From Bugula neritina (taxonomy: Eukaryota; Animalia; Bryozoa), in contig OZ037765.1 of assembly GCA_964035545.1 (NCBI GenBank), forward strand, positions 1,550,001 to 1,614,000: DNA of 64,000 nt, written 5' to 3'. The translations under genes were made by a program, and so were the position numbers. Under the pieces are notes generated by a model that was not told the origin of the DNA, searched no databases, and worked only from the letters and a program-made list of their open reading frames with translations. Positions 1-12,610 of the stretch are shown in pieces (position 1 is the stretch's first letter; each line of letters begins with the position of its first letter).

Positions 1-612
1 TATAACAACCAAATTATCCCGTGGTAAATCTTCGCACGTTTTAAATATAATTATCATAGTGATAGTCATCGAAATCGGGTTCAGTTTCAGGTGTGTTCAA
101 TGTGAAAAACCTAGAAGTGATGCCTGTTTTGTTTTTAAAAGATTTGCAAAGATTACATATTTGCCTTTTCTATTACTATCTAAATGCGTATCATAGTTCA
201 GATTGTTTTTTAATCCATCGTGTATCAGTAATCAGTATGAGTATCACTATGACTATGACTATCACTATGACTGATACTACAACTATGAGTATGACTATCT
301 CAATCTCAGATCTGACTCTCAATCTGTTGAAGACCTTTTATTTCAACGAGTTGCCTTTGTTATTCAATACCCTTACTATTTAATTAGAATAGACAATAGC
401 TCTGATTTTCTCCAAACAGTATGAGTATTTAGGTGCACAACATTCACATTGTTTTTCATTTCAAAGCTCCAGGTCTTACGGAAGCTCCGTGTTAAAATTT
501 TAAGTTACATTCATTTTGGTTTTATAAAGTTTAAATATGAAAATGTTTATGATCATAATATTTTGTACATATTTTTATAGCTACTTTAGTGGGTTCACTC
601 TCTTCAAGCATA

Positions 613-3600
613 ATGAACATTTCTCTATACGCCAAAGTAGAAGATTCTTCCTCAAGCACTTCCTCATCTCTTAAAGTTTCGCCCCCATACATCTCAGAGT
701 CAAATGGAGCCAACAGACTTGAGTGAGTAATAAACTACAAAGGTATAAGCAAACTTGCAGCTTTATATAAACAAAAATAACTTTTCAATTAATTATGCTT
801 TTATTCTGCTTTTGTAATATTTTAGATTCAATCAAGTATTTGGTGCTGGAGCCACGCCTGTCTCTAATGAATCCATTTACAGTTCTGTCTGTTCCTCATT
901 AGTAAGTGGATTTCAGTTATTCTAGTACAACGGACTTCGGCAACAGCAGTAAAAATATTTGTTATCAGAAATGCTATGAGTCTTGTCAGTTGTTGATGAG
1001 TTAAAAATAAATTCACTGGCAATGTTAGCAGTATTTCTTGTTTATCGAAGTGAATCAATCTATCAAAGTGAGTCAGTGTATCAAAGTGATTTAGCTTCAG
1101 TCATTGGTTTGCAGGTGGAGATGTTGGTGGAAGGGTACAACACATCTGTAATACTGACAGGCATGTCCAAGTTGTCTTCCCTTGACATCATAGCAGGTGG
1201 AAGTACTGATGGAATATTTTACCAGTCTCTAAATGGGGTGTTTCATGGCACAGATGAAGGTATTGTGTAACCACTGGCAATGTTTTCTCATCTCTGTTGT
1301 TCTTGTGGGTGGAAGATTGTAAAATCAATATTGTTATTTTATTTTCAATAATCTTTTTAGTGCGAAGTCAAGATCATGAGAGATTTTCTAGTCTCGGGGC
1401 GCGGAAAGACTCCACCATAACCATTAGTCTGTTTGAAGTAAACACAGACAAGGCTACAGATCTTATATCGTCCAGGAACAATATCGGTATAGAAGAAGAT
1501 GCTGAGCATGGTGATTGGTTGAGGGTAAGTCTTGCTCCCAGGTGATTGGTTGAGGGTAAGTCTTTCTCCCAGGTGATTGGTTGAGGGTAAGTCTTGCTCC
1601 AAGGTGATTGGTTGAGGGTAAGTCTTGCTCCCAGGTGATTGGTTGAGGGTAAGTCTTGCTCCCAGGTGATTGGTTGAGGGTAAGTCTTGCTCCCAGGTGA
1701 TTGGTTGAGGGTAAGTCTTGCTCCCAGGTGATTGGTTGAGGGTAAGTCTTGCTCCCAGGTGATTGGTTGAGGGTAAGTCTTGCTCCCAGGTGATTGGTTG
1801 AGGGTAAGTCTTGCTCCCAGGTGATTGGTTGAGGGTAAGTCTTGCCCCCAGGTGATTGGTTGAGGGTAAGTCTTGCTCTCAGGTGATTGGTTGAGGGTAG
1901 GTTTTGCTACATGGTGGTTGGTGAAACTTTACCATATTATTTGTGCTGATTAGCTAAAAATATTAAAACTAGATATTGAAGAATTTGGTGATGTTTTGTA
2001 AATAAAGGGTTGAGAATTTTGCTTTGCTTTAATTGGACAGACTCTGCAAATACTTCGTTGTTAATTGGCTGGCTGTATATACTATAAGTATGAGTTGGAA
2101 AACTTCTTTGTCAATAAAAATTCATTTGTAGAGCGACTTCGTAACAACCAGGATTTTCTTTGGTGGTCTACTCTAAACAGTATGTTTTCTAGGGAAAAGC
2201 TTTTAGTTCAAATTCATTATTCGTATGTGTCATAATTTATTTACTTTGTTCACTTGACACTGTATTTTATAAATCTATTTTAATAATTTGGAGTTATTCA
2301 CTCTCTTCACTGTCAATGCGTAATAAACAAGGACTGTGATATATGTGTAAGTTTTGGCTTGATTTTAACTTATCCGTTTATTTAGCTTGTTGAAAACAAG
2401 AAGGTCTACAATGCCTCTGAAGGTCAACAAATATTCCAAGAAAGTTTTCAAAGAAGTTCTATTTATGCGCAGGGAGACAACTTCAACTGTGCCGTCTTTG
2501 CCTACATAAATCTTGAAATGGTTAGTAATTAGTGATAATCAGGAGCAGATAATGGCTGTTGCACATGGTAGAAAGTTTTACTTATAGAATATTGACAAAA
2601 TTTAAAATTTTCATATTTTGAATGGTCGTTTAAAATATTTATAATATATAATATATCTGATTGGTTTATAAAAATAATTTAAACCGAAGTCTGCAACCTC
2701 TGTAGATGCCCATCATTAGAAACTCACTGAAAGTGTTGTGAAGGAAATCCCAAGGAGAATAAAAGTGTCTTATGAATGCATAATGAAAAGTTAGGATTGC
2801 ATTGACATTTTAATCTGCCTGAATTATGGATTATATTCTATAGTATACGACACTATGCCTGCTAAAGTTTTCTAGTTGACAGAAACTCGCAATTTTTAGC
2901 TTCCTTCAAACTCGCAATTTCTACAAACTCGCAGTTGTGTTTCTGTTTTGTCAGCACTTTGAGCAGTCAACTGAGCCGCACAAGTCCCGATTCTCTTTCG
3001 TCATTCTGCCGTCTGCCGAGAAGCTGGAGAGATCCGCCAATCAGTCCCAGAATTCCCACAATATACAGGAAGTTGAGCAGCTGGTCGCGGACCTGGCAGT
3101 GAATCAACATGCTGACAGAGTCATCAACTACAGGTATGACTGCTGCCTCTCCCCTGCTGCTGGTCTGATCATGCGGCAGCCATTGTTTATCATCCATGGT
3201 ATATTTTAATAAACTCTGGCTCTGACCATTTTTGTAGAAACTCTACATTAACCAAACTGCTGCAGAGTGAGTTTGGGGGTAACTGCCTCACCTCCGTACT
3301 AGCTTTATTCAACCCGCTGAGTGAACTCAGGCTAAACAGACCTTTTCTCAAGTTTCTCAAGAACTTAAGCAAAGTTAAGAATTATCCCCTCGTGAATGAC
3401 TTCTATGCACAGGTAGAATGTTCTAGAACATGATTCAACTTACTTTAGCGACTCGAGTCCAACTGATACTATTTATTCTCTAAACTCTTTTGAGAGAAAA
3501 ACTTGACTAAAAGTTTCTTACTAAACAGCGAGATGTTTATTTTATTTTCATATAGCCTTCTGCTATGCCCAGATTTATTGATGTCTTCAATAATGCATGG

Positions 3601-6600
3601 ATGTCTTCAATCATTTGTTGATATTCTCTTGGCAGCAATTGCTGACACAGTACAGAGCCAGTGTGTTACATTATCGGAACAAGCCACCCCCAACTCCGCC
3701 TCCTCCTGTGACACCCCCTCAGCCTAGGTTTGTGACACCACCTCCAGTTCATATTTCCAACACAGCTGGACGTCACTCGGATGTAAGATTCATATATTAT
3801 GTGTTACTATTACAAACTGACCAATAAAATTTCTTGTTTTATCATTTCTCAGTGCTCATTGGCTGTCAGGTCTAGTGTGTCTTCCAGTTATTTGTCCCTG
3901 AATCATCAATGTTGATTTTACTTTTAATCAAAATTTTTTAAAAATCTTCTTGTTACCTAGAAATAGGGATAGGCAGAAAATTTTAAATAGATAGGAATAA
4001 TTTTAGAAAATAATTGTTTGGAACAAATAAGCTTAAACTTGGACTGTATTTACATTAATATAAGCATGTAATGCATATCACAAAGATATCTTCCAATACT
4101 GACTTATATACTTAATAGATTATTAGTCATAATTAGGTTTAGACATTACTAAACTATGCTGTCAATATTCTTATCATTTGTATACATTGCAGTGTTATAT
4201 TGAGTTGTTTACATGTTGCTACGGTTACTATCACATCCTATTCTCATACTGACATATCAACTCTGTGTGTGATAATAGATGTATTGCTTATTCTAATAGG
4301 TACAATATGGAAGTGGACCAGGTAGTGTTGCTGTATAAGTTTTTATGCTTACTTTAATTTACACTTTGCTTTGATTTAGTACATAAAACTATCAAAAGCA
4401 TTAGTATTAAAATTTGTGCTGTAAATTATATTGTTGCAAGCTTCTTTAGTCTCTCTAAGAATGACAATACTTGTTAGCTAAAAGTTTTGTCTTCAATTCT
4501 AAAGCTAGCAAATTATTTGGTTTACTGCTTCACATAGTTAAATTTATCATCAAACTGCTAGTTTGTATAAACAAATAAAATAACATTCTATTTGTTTAAG
4601 CAATTTTATTTTGTTTTGGAAATTGTTTAAATATCTGTTTGTTCAATAGTGCTTTTCTTTCTCTGTGTACTATGTTGTGGTATTTAGAAGTTATTCTCTC
4701 CTTATTGGCTAAAACACCGCTATAGACTGTGGTACAGGATTTGTGTATACTGTAGCCTGTGGTACAGGATCTTTGTATGCTAAGTTTAAAGCTGTTTTGC
4801 ACGATTTTGGCAAATTTATCCTCAATTTAAATTGCATCAACCAATCTTAACGTAGCTTATATTTTGTAAGGAAAATCATAGATAAATTACGTTCTGAGTG
4901 GCCATATATCAATCAGGAAATCAACTTGTTACTTCGTTTAATATTTCAAATGCTTTGAATTACTTCTTATATTAAGACTTTAAATGTATAGAGTTGTTTT
5001 GTATACGCTACAACCGTTTTATTCGCAGTAGTTTACAAATAATAAAATTATAGTATTGTATTTACTAAAAGCCACACTTTGTATAGCCTGTAGTCCATGT
5101 GTTATTTAGATAAGGTTGCTAGATGAGAATGAGAGATTAAAGCTGAAAGTAGAGCAGCTAAAAGGGAAGTTGGCTGCCGTAGCTGAGGCTAAGACTGAGG
5201 TGTCAGCAGAACTGACTGACTGCGTAGAAGAGAAACTACAGGCTACTAAGTCATACCTCGACATGCAGATACAAAACAATAAGCTGAGAGAGGAAATAGA
5301 ATCATCCAATTATGAGCTGAATAACAAAGTAAGTGATTTAATTGGCTGCCTACGAATAAGTTTTTAATAAGACTCTAATACAGTTTTGTGGTTTTTAGCT
5401 CATTTTTAATTTTACAAATGATGCACAGAAATCTATAATTATAAAATATTCAGTAAAAATAGGAAAATAACATAGCTTTTGGGAAATGAAAAAGTATAGT
5501 TAGATTTGTATAGTGCAAGCTCCAATATTTGTAGTAAATTAAATTAGTATAATCATAAAAATCAGATACTAATCTGAAGAGCATGAAATCTATTTATATT
5601 TATAATTGGAAATGATTGATACATTTTTTTGCTATTTCTAGTATCATAAACTTTATTATTTTGAGAAGAACTGGACTTATATTATAATAAAGCAGGCTTG
5701 TTATCTTGTTATTTGCAACAACATTCTAATGATCTGGAAATACTGTCAAAACAGCGTGCTTTGTTTTGTAGATATTATCCTTGGAACACGACCTGCAAGT
5801 TTCAGATATTGAGAGGGAAAAGTTTAGCAAAGAATCATCAAATCTTCGCTACCAACTCACGCAGTTGGATAATGACAGGCGCAGCTTAGCAGACGAATAT
5901 GTTAGCCTTAAAACTAGCTACATGTCTCTCACTGATGACTGCGAGAGGGAGGTGAGACCACCCAAAACCTGTGAACATGATAGCCTCAGCACTTTAGTTG
6001 TTGTATTGAGTAGATGTTTAAGGCTGAGGTCTAACTAAATCTTAGATGTGGCACTCACTCATTCAACCAGTCACTAACTCACTCACTCACCTACTTACTC
6101 ACTCACTCACTCTCTTACTTACTCATTCACTTACTCACTCACTTACTCAATTACCTACTCACCTATATTAAACAGTGATTATTATAAAGTCTACTATGAT
6201 AATTATATAGTAAAAAGCTGCAAATCAAATAATTCGTAGTTCTACATTAGCTTCAGATTACTGTTTATGTTGTAGAATAATTTGCAAAACCTTGTATAAT
6301 TATTCAGTAATTAAATTTTGTATTAATAAATAGTTGTCATCTAATGAATTATTTAATATGTATATATAATTGTTCATGTCTTTTTGGACTAAAAACTATC
6401 TTTAGACAATGTTATCAAATTTTATTTTATGATCAAAAACTTGGTTGCTTTATTACAACTTCATAATGTATTCCCTACTCTGCATTTCTCAGGTGGCTAA
6501 GAATGACGAGTTAACTATGGAGCTGTTGAACCTAATAAATGCCAAGTCAGCCTTGGCCCAGCAGTCAAGGTCACCAAAGTTTAAGGACGAGGCTGCAGCA

Positions 6601-9600
6601 TTGGCTAGAGAAGAGGAGAGAATTAGGGGTGTGGTACATAGGCTCTCACACGGCGGTATGACCATGGTAAGATACTTAGGCTATTCTAATCAGTTTTGGT
6701 GAGGTTTGGTAGAAACTCTTAGCTATTTGGTTCAGAATAGTGACAATCTTTATATTCTCTTTTTCAGGACAGACTGAAACCTGATCACAGGAGAAAAGAT
6801 TTTATTGAAAAGGAGGTATTTAAAATATTATTATTATTATTATGATTCACTTTAGTTTGAAATTAAAATATTATAATTATTTTATTTTTCTATTTAATTT
6901 AGTTTTTATCCTATCCACAAAACATTAATTTACATTATTCTACATTTAATTATCATTTTTATTTGGGAACTCTCAGCATTTCTGGCAACCTTTAGACCTA
7001 CTAGTGAGGTCTGCTAGAAATGTCTTATATTATAATTTACCAAATTTGTATGTAGCTGTTGAAAGTATATAACATGCCAAGTTTATGTTTATTTCACAGC
7101 TGTTTGGCAACTCAAACAGATATCAAGATCAGATGAATAAGATGCACGAGGAGTATAATCATGGGAGAGAACAACTCCTAACTAAAGTGTAAGTTCAAAC
7201 GTTATCAATCTTTTAAATGATAACAGCAGGTTTTATTGTATTAGTATTACTAATCTCAGCTATATCGACTTTTTATCCTTGTCAAATATTTAATACTTTC
7301 AAGTTACAAGAATTATCAATTGAATTTTTTCCGTATTATATTTTGGTCACGCTCAATTTGCATTCTAAAAGCTTACAAAATAGCCACGGACTGAAAAAGT
7401 AGATGATTCTTGAAGTATGTTGTGGTTTTTTTATTGAAATTTGTGGCAGAAAATACTTAATTCGTGTTTGGTTCCTTAAACTCAAGTTTCTGTTGCAGAG
7501 AGCAGATGGAGAGAGAGTTGGCTAAAAATAGATCTCTTCTTCGAGAACGGCAGCAGAAGATCTCATTTCTGAATGCGGTACTTCTTAAATCATTTAGACT
7601 CAAATCATTAGTCACACAGCTGAGTGATGACACACACTGAAACTGACCTTCACCTTTACTATACGTAGACTATTTGTCCAGATCTCTTCAACTAAGAAGC
7701 TGTTGGCACTTGTACACAAATGTTTATAGAGTAAAGTTTCTTAATGATAGCTTAATCGCAACTGGGCACATTTTACGTTTCATTAAATTATGAAAATAAG
7801 TATGCTAGGTTATACCACAACTTGATTTGCTTACAAAATTTGATACATTCAAGTACTTTATGATTTATTACATAGCTTTAAACTAATCGGTCTTAATCAA
7901 TTTAAATATTACATTCAAAAATGTTTTAAAAGAGAGAATATTAATTCAAAATGTTTTAACTTATAAAAGGTATCAGGCCATGGAATGATAAACATTCCTA
8001 TTTACTACTCCTGTATGCATAGCTACACAGTATAATTTTCATTATTAGAAACTCATAACACTGGAAGGAGAAAACTCCGAACTGAAATTTTCCAACAACA
8101 GGCTGCAGCATAAGATTAAAGACATCAATGCAGAATATAGATTGAGACTAACAAAATATGTAGAAGACATCGCTGTGAGTTTTCAATTTTTCACTTCAAA
8201 TACGTAATATATGACAACTTAAAATTCCTCGAGCCAAAATTTTGAGAATAATTTAAATAAATTTAAATGTTATAATCAATGCGTTTATCGTAACGTAGTA
8301 ATTTAGATATAAGTAAGTCATATTGATGTAATATAATGTAAGTCATTTTTAAAAAATAATATTGATTATGAAGGCTGACCATAGTACTAAACTTTAACTA
8401 GAAATTGATTTATTAAATCCAAACCCTTGCAATGATCAAAGTATGAAATGCCAGAAGGAATGTCGTGATGTAGCAATTGGGTATGTGTCAGGGTCACATA
8501 GACAGCAGCACCAATCAGAAGGGAGAAGAGAGTCTCGCTCAGTACGTCAACAAGATGATGAAAGACATGAAGTCGGCCCACCGCAGTCGAGAGGATCAGC
8601 TAAGCCAGGCGGCCCAGGGCTACAAGACCAGACTACACAACGTAGTCAAACGTCACGAGGAGCTCCTCTGCGCTTACCGAGATCTTAGAGCTCAAGTGGA
8701 GGTTATCGGCCTTGATGACCTTGAACTTGGTCCTGACGAGAGAGAGCTGCAGGTATCCGATGCAGATCTGCAGTCATCACAGCAGAAAGAGATTCTTAGG
8801 CTACAGTCAGAAGTTCACAGGCTAAAGATGAGTCAGCTAGTGAGTGTAATTTTATTGTGGAAGATTTTTTTTTGTTATTAAGTCAATTTATTATTTTACT
8901 TTAGCAGTGAGGTTTGATTTTTAAGAGGAAATTGAAATTTTGATTCAATGCTTAGCTGTTTTACATCTATTAGAAGATATGCTATTCTAATATAATATAT
9001 ATTTTTATAAATTTTATTCGTTTTACTTCTTCTACACATGCCTTAGTTTACTATCTGATTGAGACTACATATTTTGATACATGTCAATAGTTTGCTGCAT
9101 CACATTGACACTGTATTTAGAGTTGTCTTCTCAAATTTGAGTTTATTCTGCTTACAAGTATTTTATGTATAAACTACACACATGTCTTTTGAATACAGTT
9201 CACTCAAAACCATGCGTGCAGGGAGACAACTTACAATTGCATCATGCATTCAGGTTCAAGTACCTCCCTTATTTTGTAGCCAAATGATAAAGTGGCTAAA
9301 AGTGCTGGAGATTCTAAGAAAGCTTCAGAAAGGTAGAATAGACATTATTTATAGTGGTTGGAACTGCTGGGCTAGTGCATGACTAAGACTAGTGAGTGAC
9401 TAAGACTAGTGAGGGACTGAAACTAGTGAGTGATTTCACAGTTGTTGTTTTCTAAAAATAATCTGTAATTTGTAGCAAGCCGTCTGCGTTCACTGACCTA
9501 GATAGCTGGACGTCTGTGAGAAGACAACTCCGGAATTTCTCTGAGCAGTCGTTGAGGGAGTTGGAGGAGGAAAGAGCTTCTCTCCTGACTAAGAATGTGA

Positions 9601-10053
9601 TACTTGAGGAGCAGTTGAAGGAGAGTCAAGACTACATTGATAAGCATCTAGCTAGGTACGTACAGTGTTGGTAGCTAAAGTGGGTCGGTTATTTAGGTCA
9701 CGAGGATGGCAAATGTAATTGAAGCCATTGTATGGGATTGGTTCAAATAACATAGTATTAATTATTAATCTTTATGACACATTGCAAAGTTTAAAGGTAG
9801 GTGCAATAGTGGAGAAATTGAGAAAAGCCTTTTTTATGTGAAAAATCTAGTTCAAAAGAAATTAGATTAATTCGCATCCCAAAGCAAAATTTTTAAAAAA
9901 AAGTTGAAGAATTCAGTGGCAATATTTTGGCTCAACTGCACCTAAATGAGCATTTATTAGTAGAGAGAAAATAGTCTTAGTTTTATGTTTTGCAGGTACA
10001 AAGAAGAGATAAACAGACTGCGGCAGCAACTCAGCTATCACCAGGGCAGGTAG
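613..10053 (+). CDS. CCDC78: CCDC78-like coiled-coil protein with N-terminal degenerate kinesin-motor-like domain (multi-exon; span given)
   Basis: In-frame GT-AG exons at 613-722, 826-901, 1115-1259 and 1361-1524, then approximately 2386-2520, 2955-3133, 3237-3412, 3636-3782, 5111-5328, 5772-5951, 6493-6666, 6768-6815, 7100-7187, 7499-7577, 8049-8174, 8490-8839, 9279-9332, 9475-9655 and 9996-10053. The C-terminus EEQLKESQDYIDKHLARYKEEINRLR and the segment MKSAHRSREDQLSQAAQGYKTRLHNVVKRHEELLCAYR resemble CCDC78 as I recall it. The N-terminus has kinesin-like FNQVF, VEGYNTSV, ISLFEV, DLIS and YRNSTLTKLLQSEFGGNCLT. Confidence 0.85.
1510..1920 (+). repeat. 31-bp minisatellite, ~13 copies, spanning a CCDC78 exon donor site
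   Basis: Unit GGTGATTGGTTGAGG|GTAAGTCTTGCTCCCA. The first copy contains the exon end at 1524 and the donor. Confidence 0.95.
6050..6162. repeat. Imperfect (ACTC)n microsatellite, intronic
   Basis: Runs of cactcactc/cttactcactc. Confidence 0.85.
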
Positions 10054-11862
10054 AAAAATCGGCAGCATTGTGACAGCATTGTGACAGCGGTACAACAACC
10101 TTATAGCCTCAATAGCTCATTAGTGACAGCATGCTATTACCATTTTGTGCGAAGGGTTGCTTGGCAACTGCTGTAACAAACATTTTGGCATATATTTTCT
10201 TACCATTAATTATTGCTATAGTATTATATATCTATATGTTAATTAATTATGTTGATATTGATTATGATATTACATATTTGTATAATATGTTGTTGGTATA
10301 ATATTTTATATTAATTACTATGCTTTAATATACATTATAGCAGTTGATTGAATATTTTATATAAAAGTTCTAAATTTGTTATTAATTTACTGGTTGAATT
10401 TTGTTTATTTTTCAAAATATTTATCATTTTTTGACAGTCAATTAGAAGCTAAAAGCTGATAACATGTCATTTTTTAAGGTGTTCTTTTTCCTATAAAAAT
10501 TCAAAGCCAATTCAGAAATAATTTATGGGTCGTCTCCCACCCACCACTTTATGTATAGAGAAAAATATCTGGAAATCTGCTAAGATTACAGCTGTCAATA
10601 ATTTCTGTCTAAAAGTAATCAGGAGTCTCAAGTAAATCCTGATTGATAAGTACATATTACATTACATGTTTATTATTACTGCAGTTTTATTACTTCCTTA
10701 AATAAACCCCTTGCATTCAAACTAAACGTAATTATTTTAATGACAAACAACAACAGAGCATTTCTAGTTAGGAGGTAATGTTAAAGCAATAAATACAGTC
10801 AACTGGTGGAAATACTAATGAGAATAAAATGAATTACTCTCATTTGCATAATCCAGGCTAATGGAAATTTCTAGATGCTAGAATGTTGTGGGTTATGCTA
10901 CAGAAAATGACTAATGGCCAGAAATATATAAAATATATTATTCTAAACATATTTGCAAAGCTACAATCAATCTTTCCTCAGAAACATTATTTAAAGCTCT
11001 ATATAAATTTAGCTTATAACAGAAATGTTTAGTCAGCTGTGTTAAAAATATTATAACACTACATGTTCTTAGTTATATTATAACATACAAGTTAGGAAAC
11101 AAAAAGGAGCTGATCATGAAAGTTTTTGACTTTAGCAAATGAATTAAAGACATAAAGTAGGTATACTCTATCCAACTCTAGGCATTTACTGACTCATTAA
11201 TTTAATTTAAAAAATCTCACTTTTGTTGCTTTTGAAGTCCTATACATATACTTGTATAGTAACAGATGGTACAAGAACTTCTTCTATAGCCTATATACAG
11301 CTACGCAATATTGCAAACTTAATGACATGCTTTTCTTGCTTATAGCTACTAAAATTTATAAATAAAAAATTATTAATAAAATTGTTTCTATAGCAACAAA
11401 AAAAGGAGAATCTATGAAAAAAGCCCATCTAGCTGCATGATTTCAGTTCTAATAGCTAACCAACGTCTCAACTCTATTTTCTAATTCTGTATGATTTAAT
11501 TCAGTTATATAATGACTCAGCAAATAATTCTTCAACTCTCCTGACAGTATGCTGCATGAATGTAAACTTAACCTGCATTGTCTATATATTTGACAAGTTG
11601 TACACATTTCAAATTGATCACCTTATCAATCTTGAACGGTCACAGACACTTTGTAAAAACTCATGTCATATTATCTAAAGTCATATCATTGATCTATGCT
11701 TTTTAATACAATGTTAATCACACCATTATAGCCATGTTTTCCGGTCTGCTGCATGTCACTTCAAATTATTGATCTATGAAATGTTATTACTGGTTATTTT
11801 TAGCTTATGATATTTCATAAGGAGCAGTTGAGGTATATCTATTGTTTGATTTCTATGAACTA

Positions 11863-12090
11863 TGGGATACCTGCAGGTTAGGACACCTAGATTGGGATAC
11901 CTGCAGGTTAGGACACCTAGGTTGGGATACCTGCAGGTTAGGACACCTAGATTGGGATACCTGCAGGTTAGGACACCTAGATTGGGATACCTGCAGGTTA
12001 GGACACCTAGATTGGGATACCTGCAGGTTAGGACACCTAGATTGGGATACCTGCAGGTTAGGACACCTAGGTTAAGATATACCTGCATAG
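11863..12090. repeat. 30-bp minisatellite, ~7 copies
   Basis: Unit TGGGATACCTGCAGGTTAGGACACCTAGAT. It explains the three repetitive ORFs at 11774-12161. Confidence 0.95.
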
Positions 12091-12420
12091 GCTATGTCAG
12101 TTTTTGTAACAAGGTTTTGGCCTCATTTCTAGTGTACTTGACATTCTTAAGTTTGGGTTAAAAACACATTAGCTACAATCGATGGATAGACAACTATTAT
12201 TTTTAGTTATGTAGCTTTAATTTTTTTATTTATTTCAATATTTAGAATGCTATGCATTTTTTAGTGATATCATTCTCTCTGTGTGTTAGTTGTTAAACTA
12301 ATTATTGATATTTTAAATTTTTGCAACAAATACGTATTGTATAGTCTTATATATCATAATAAGACTTAGGGCTCACTAATTCTAGTTTTCATAAGGTCAT
12401 TAACATTGGGGAAAAACATG

Positions 12421-12610
12421 GAGCACCCGTGGTCTAGGGGTTAGAGCGTTTGCTTAGTAAACACGATGTCATGGGTTCGAGCCCAGACAAAAGCAATTAA
12501 TGATGGTAGGAAGAGCATCCAGTCATAATTGCTCCTGTGCCACATTTAAATAAGTCCTTAGCCCGGTTTAACAAAAACCCTTTCCATCAGGGGTTTTTTC
12601 CACTACCCGA
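12421..12610 (+). mobile_element. tRNA-derived SINE
   Basis: Pol III A-box-like TGGTCTAGGGG and B-box GGTTCGAGCC. The body (TGATGGTAGGAAGAGCATCCAGTC...AAGTCCTTAGCC...AAAAACCCTTTCCATCAGGG) is shared with the copy at ~46640. Confidence 0.75.

Noticed and set aside
11774-12161. Repetitive ORFs on both strands
   Set aside because: By-products of a 30-bp stop-free minisatellite.
12421-12495. Functional tRNA gene
   Set aside because: The acceptor stem does not pair, and it continues into a body shared with another dispersed copy, so it is a SINE.
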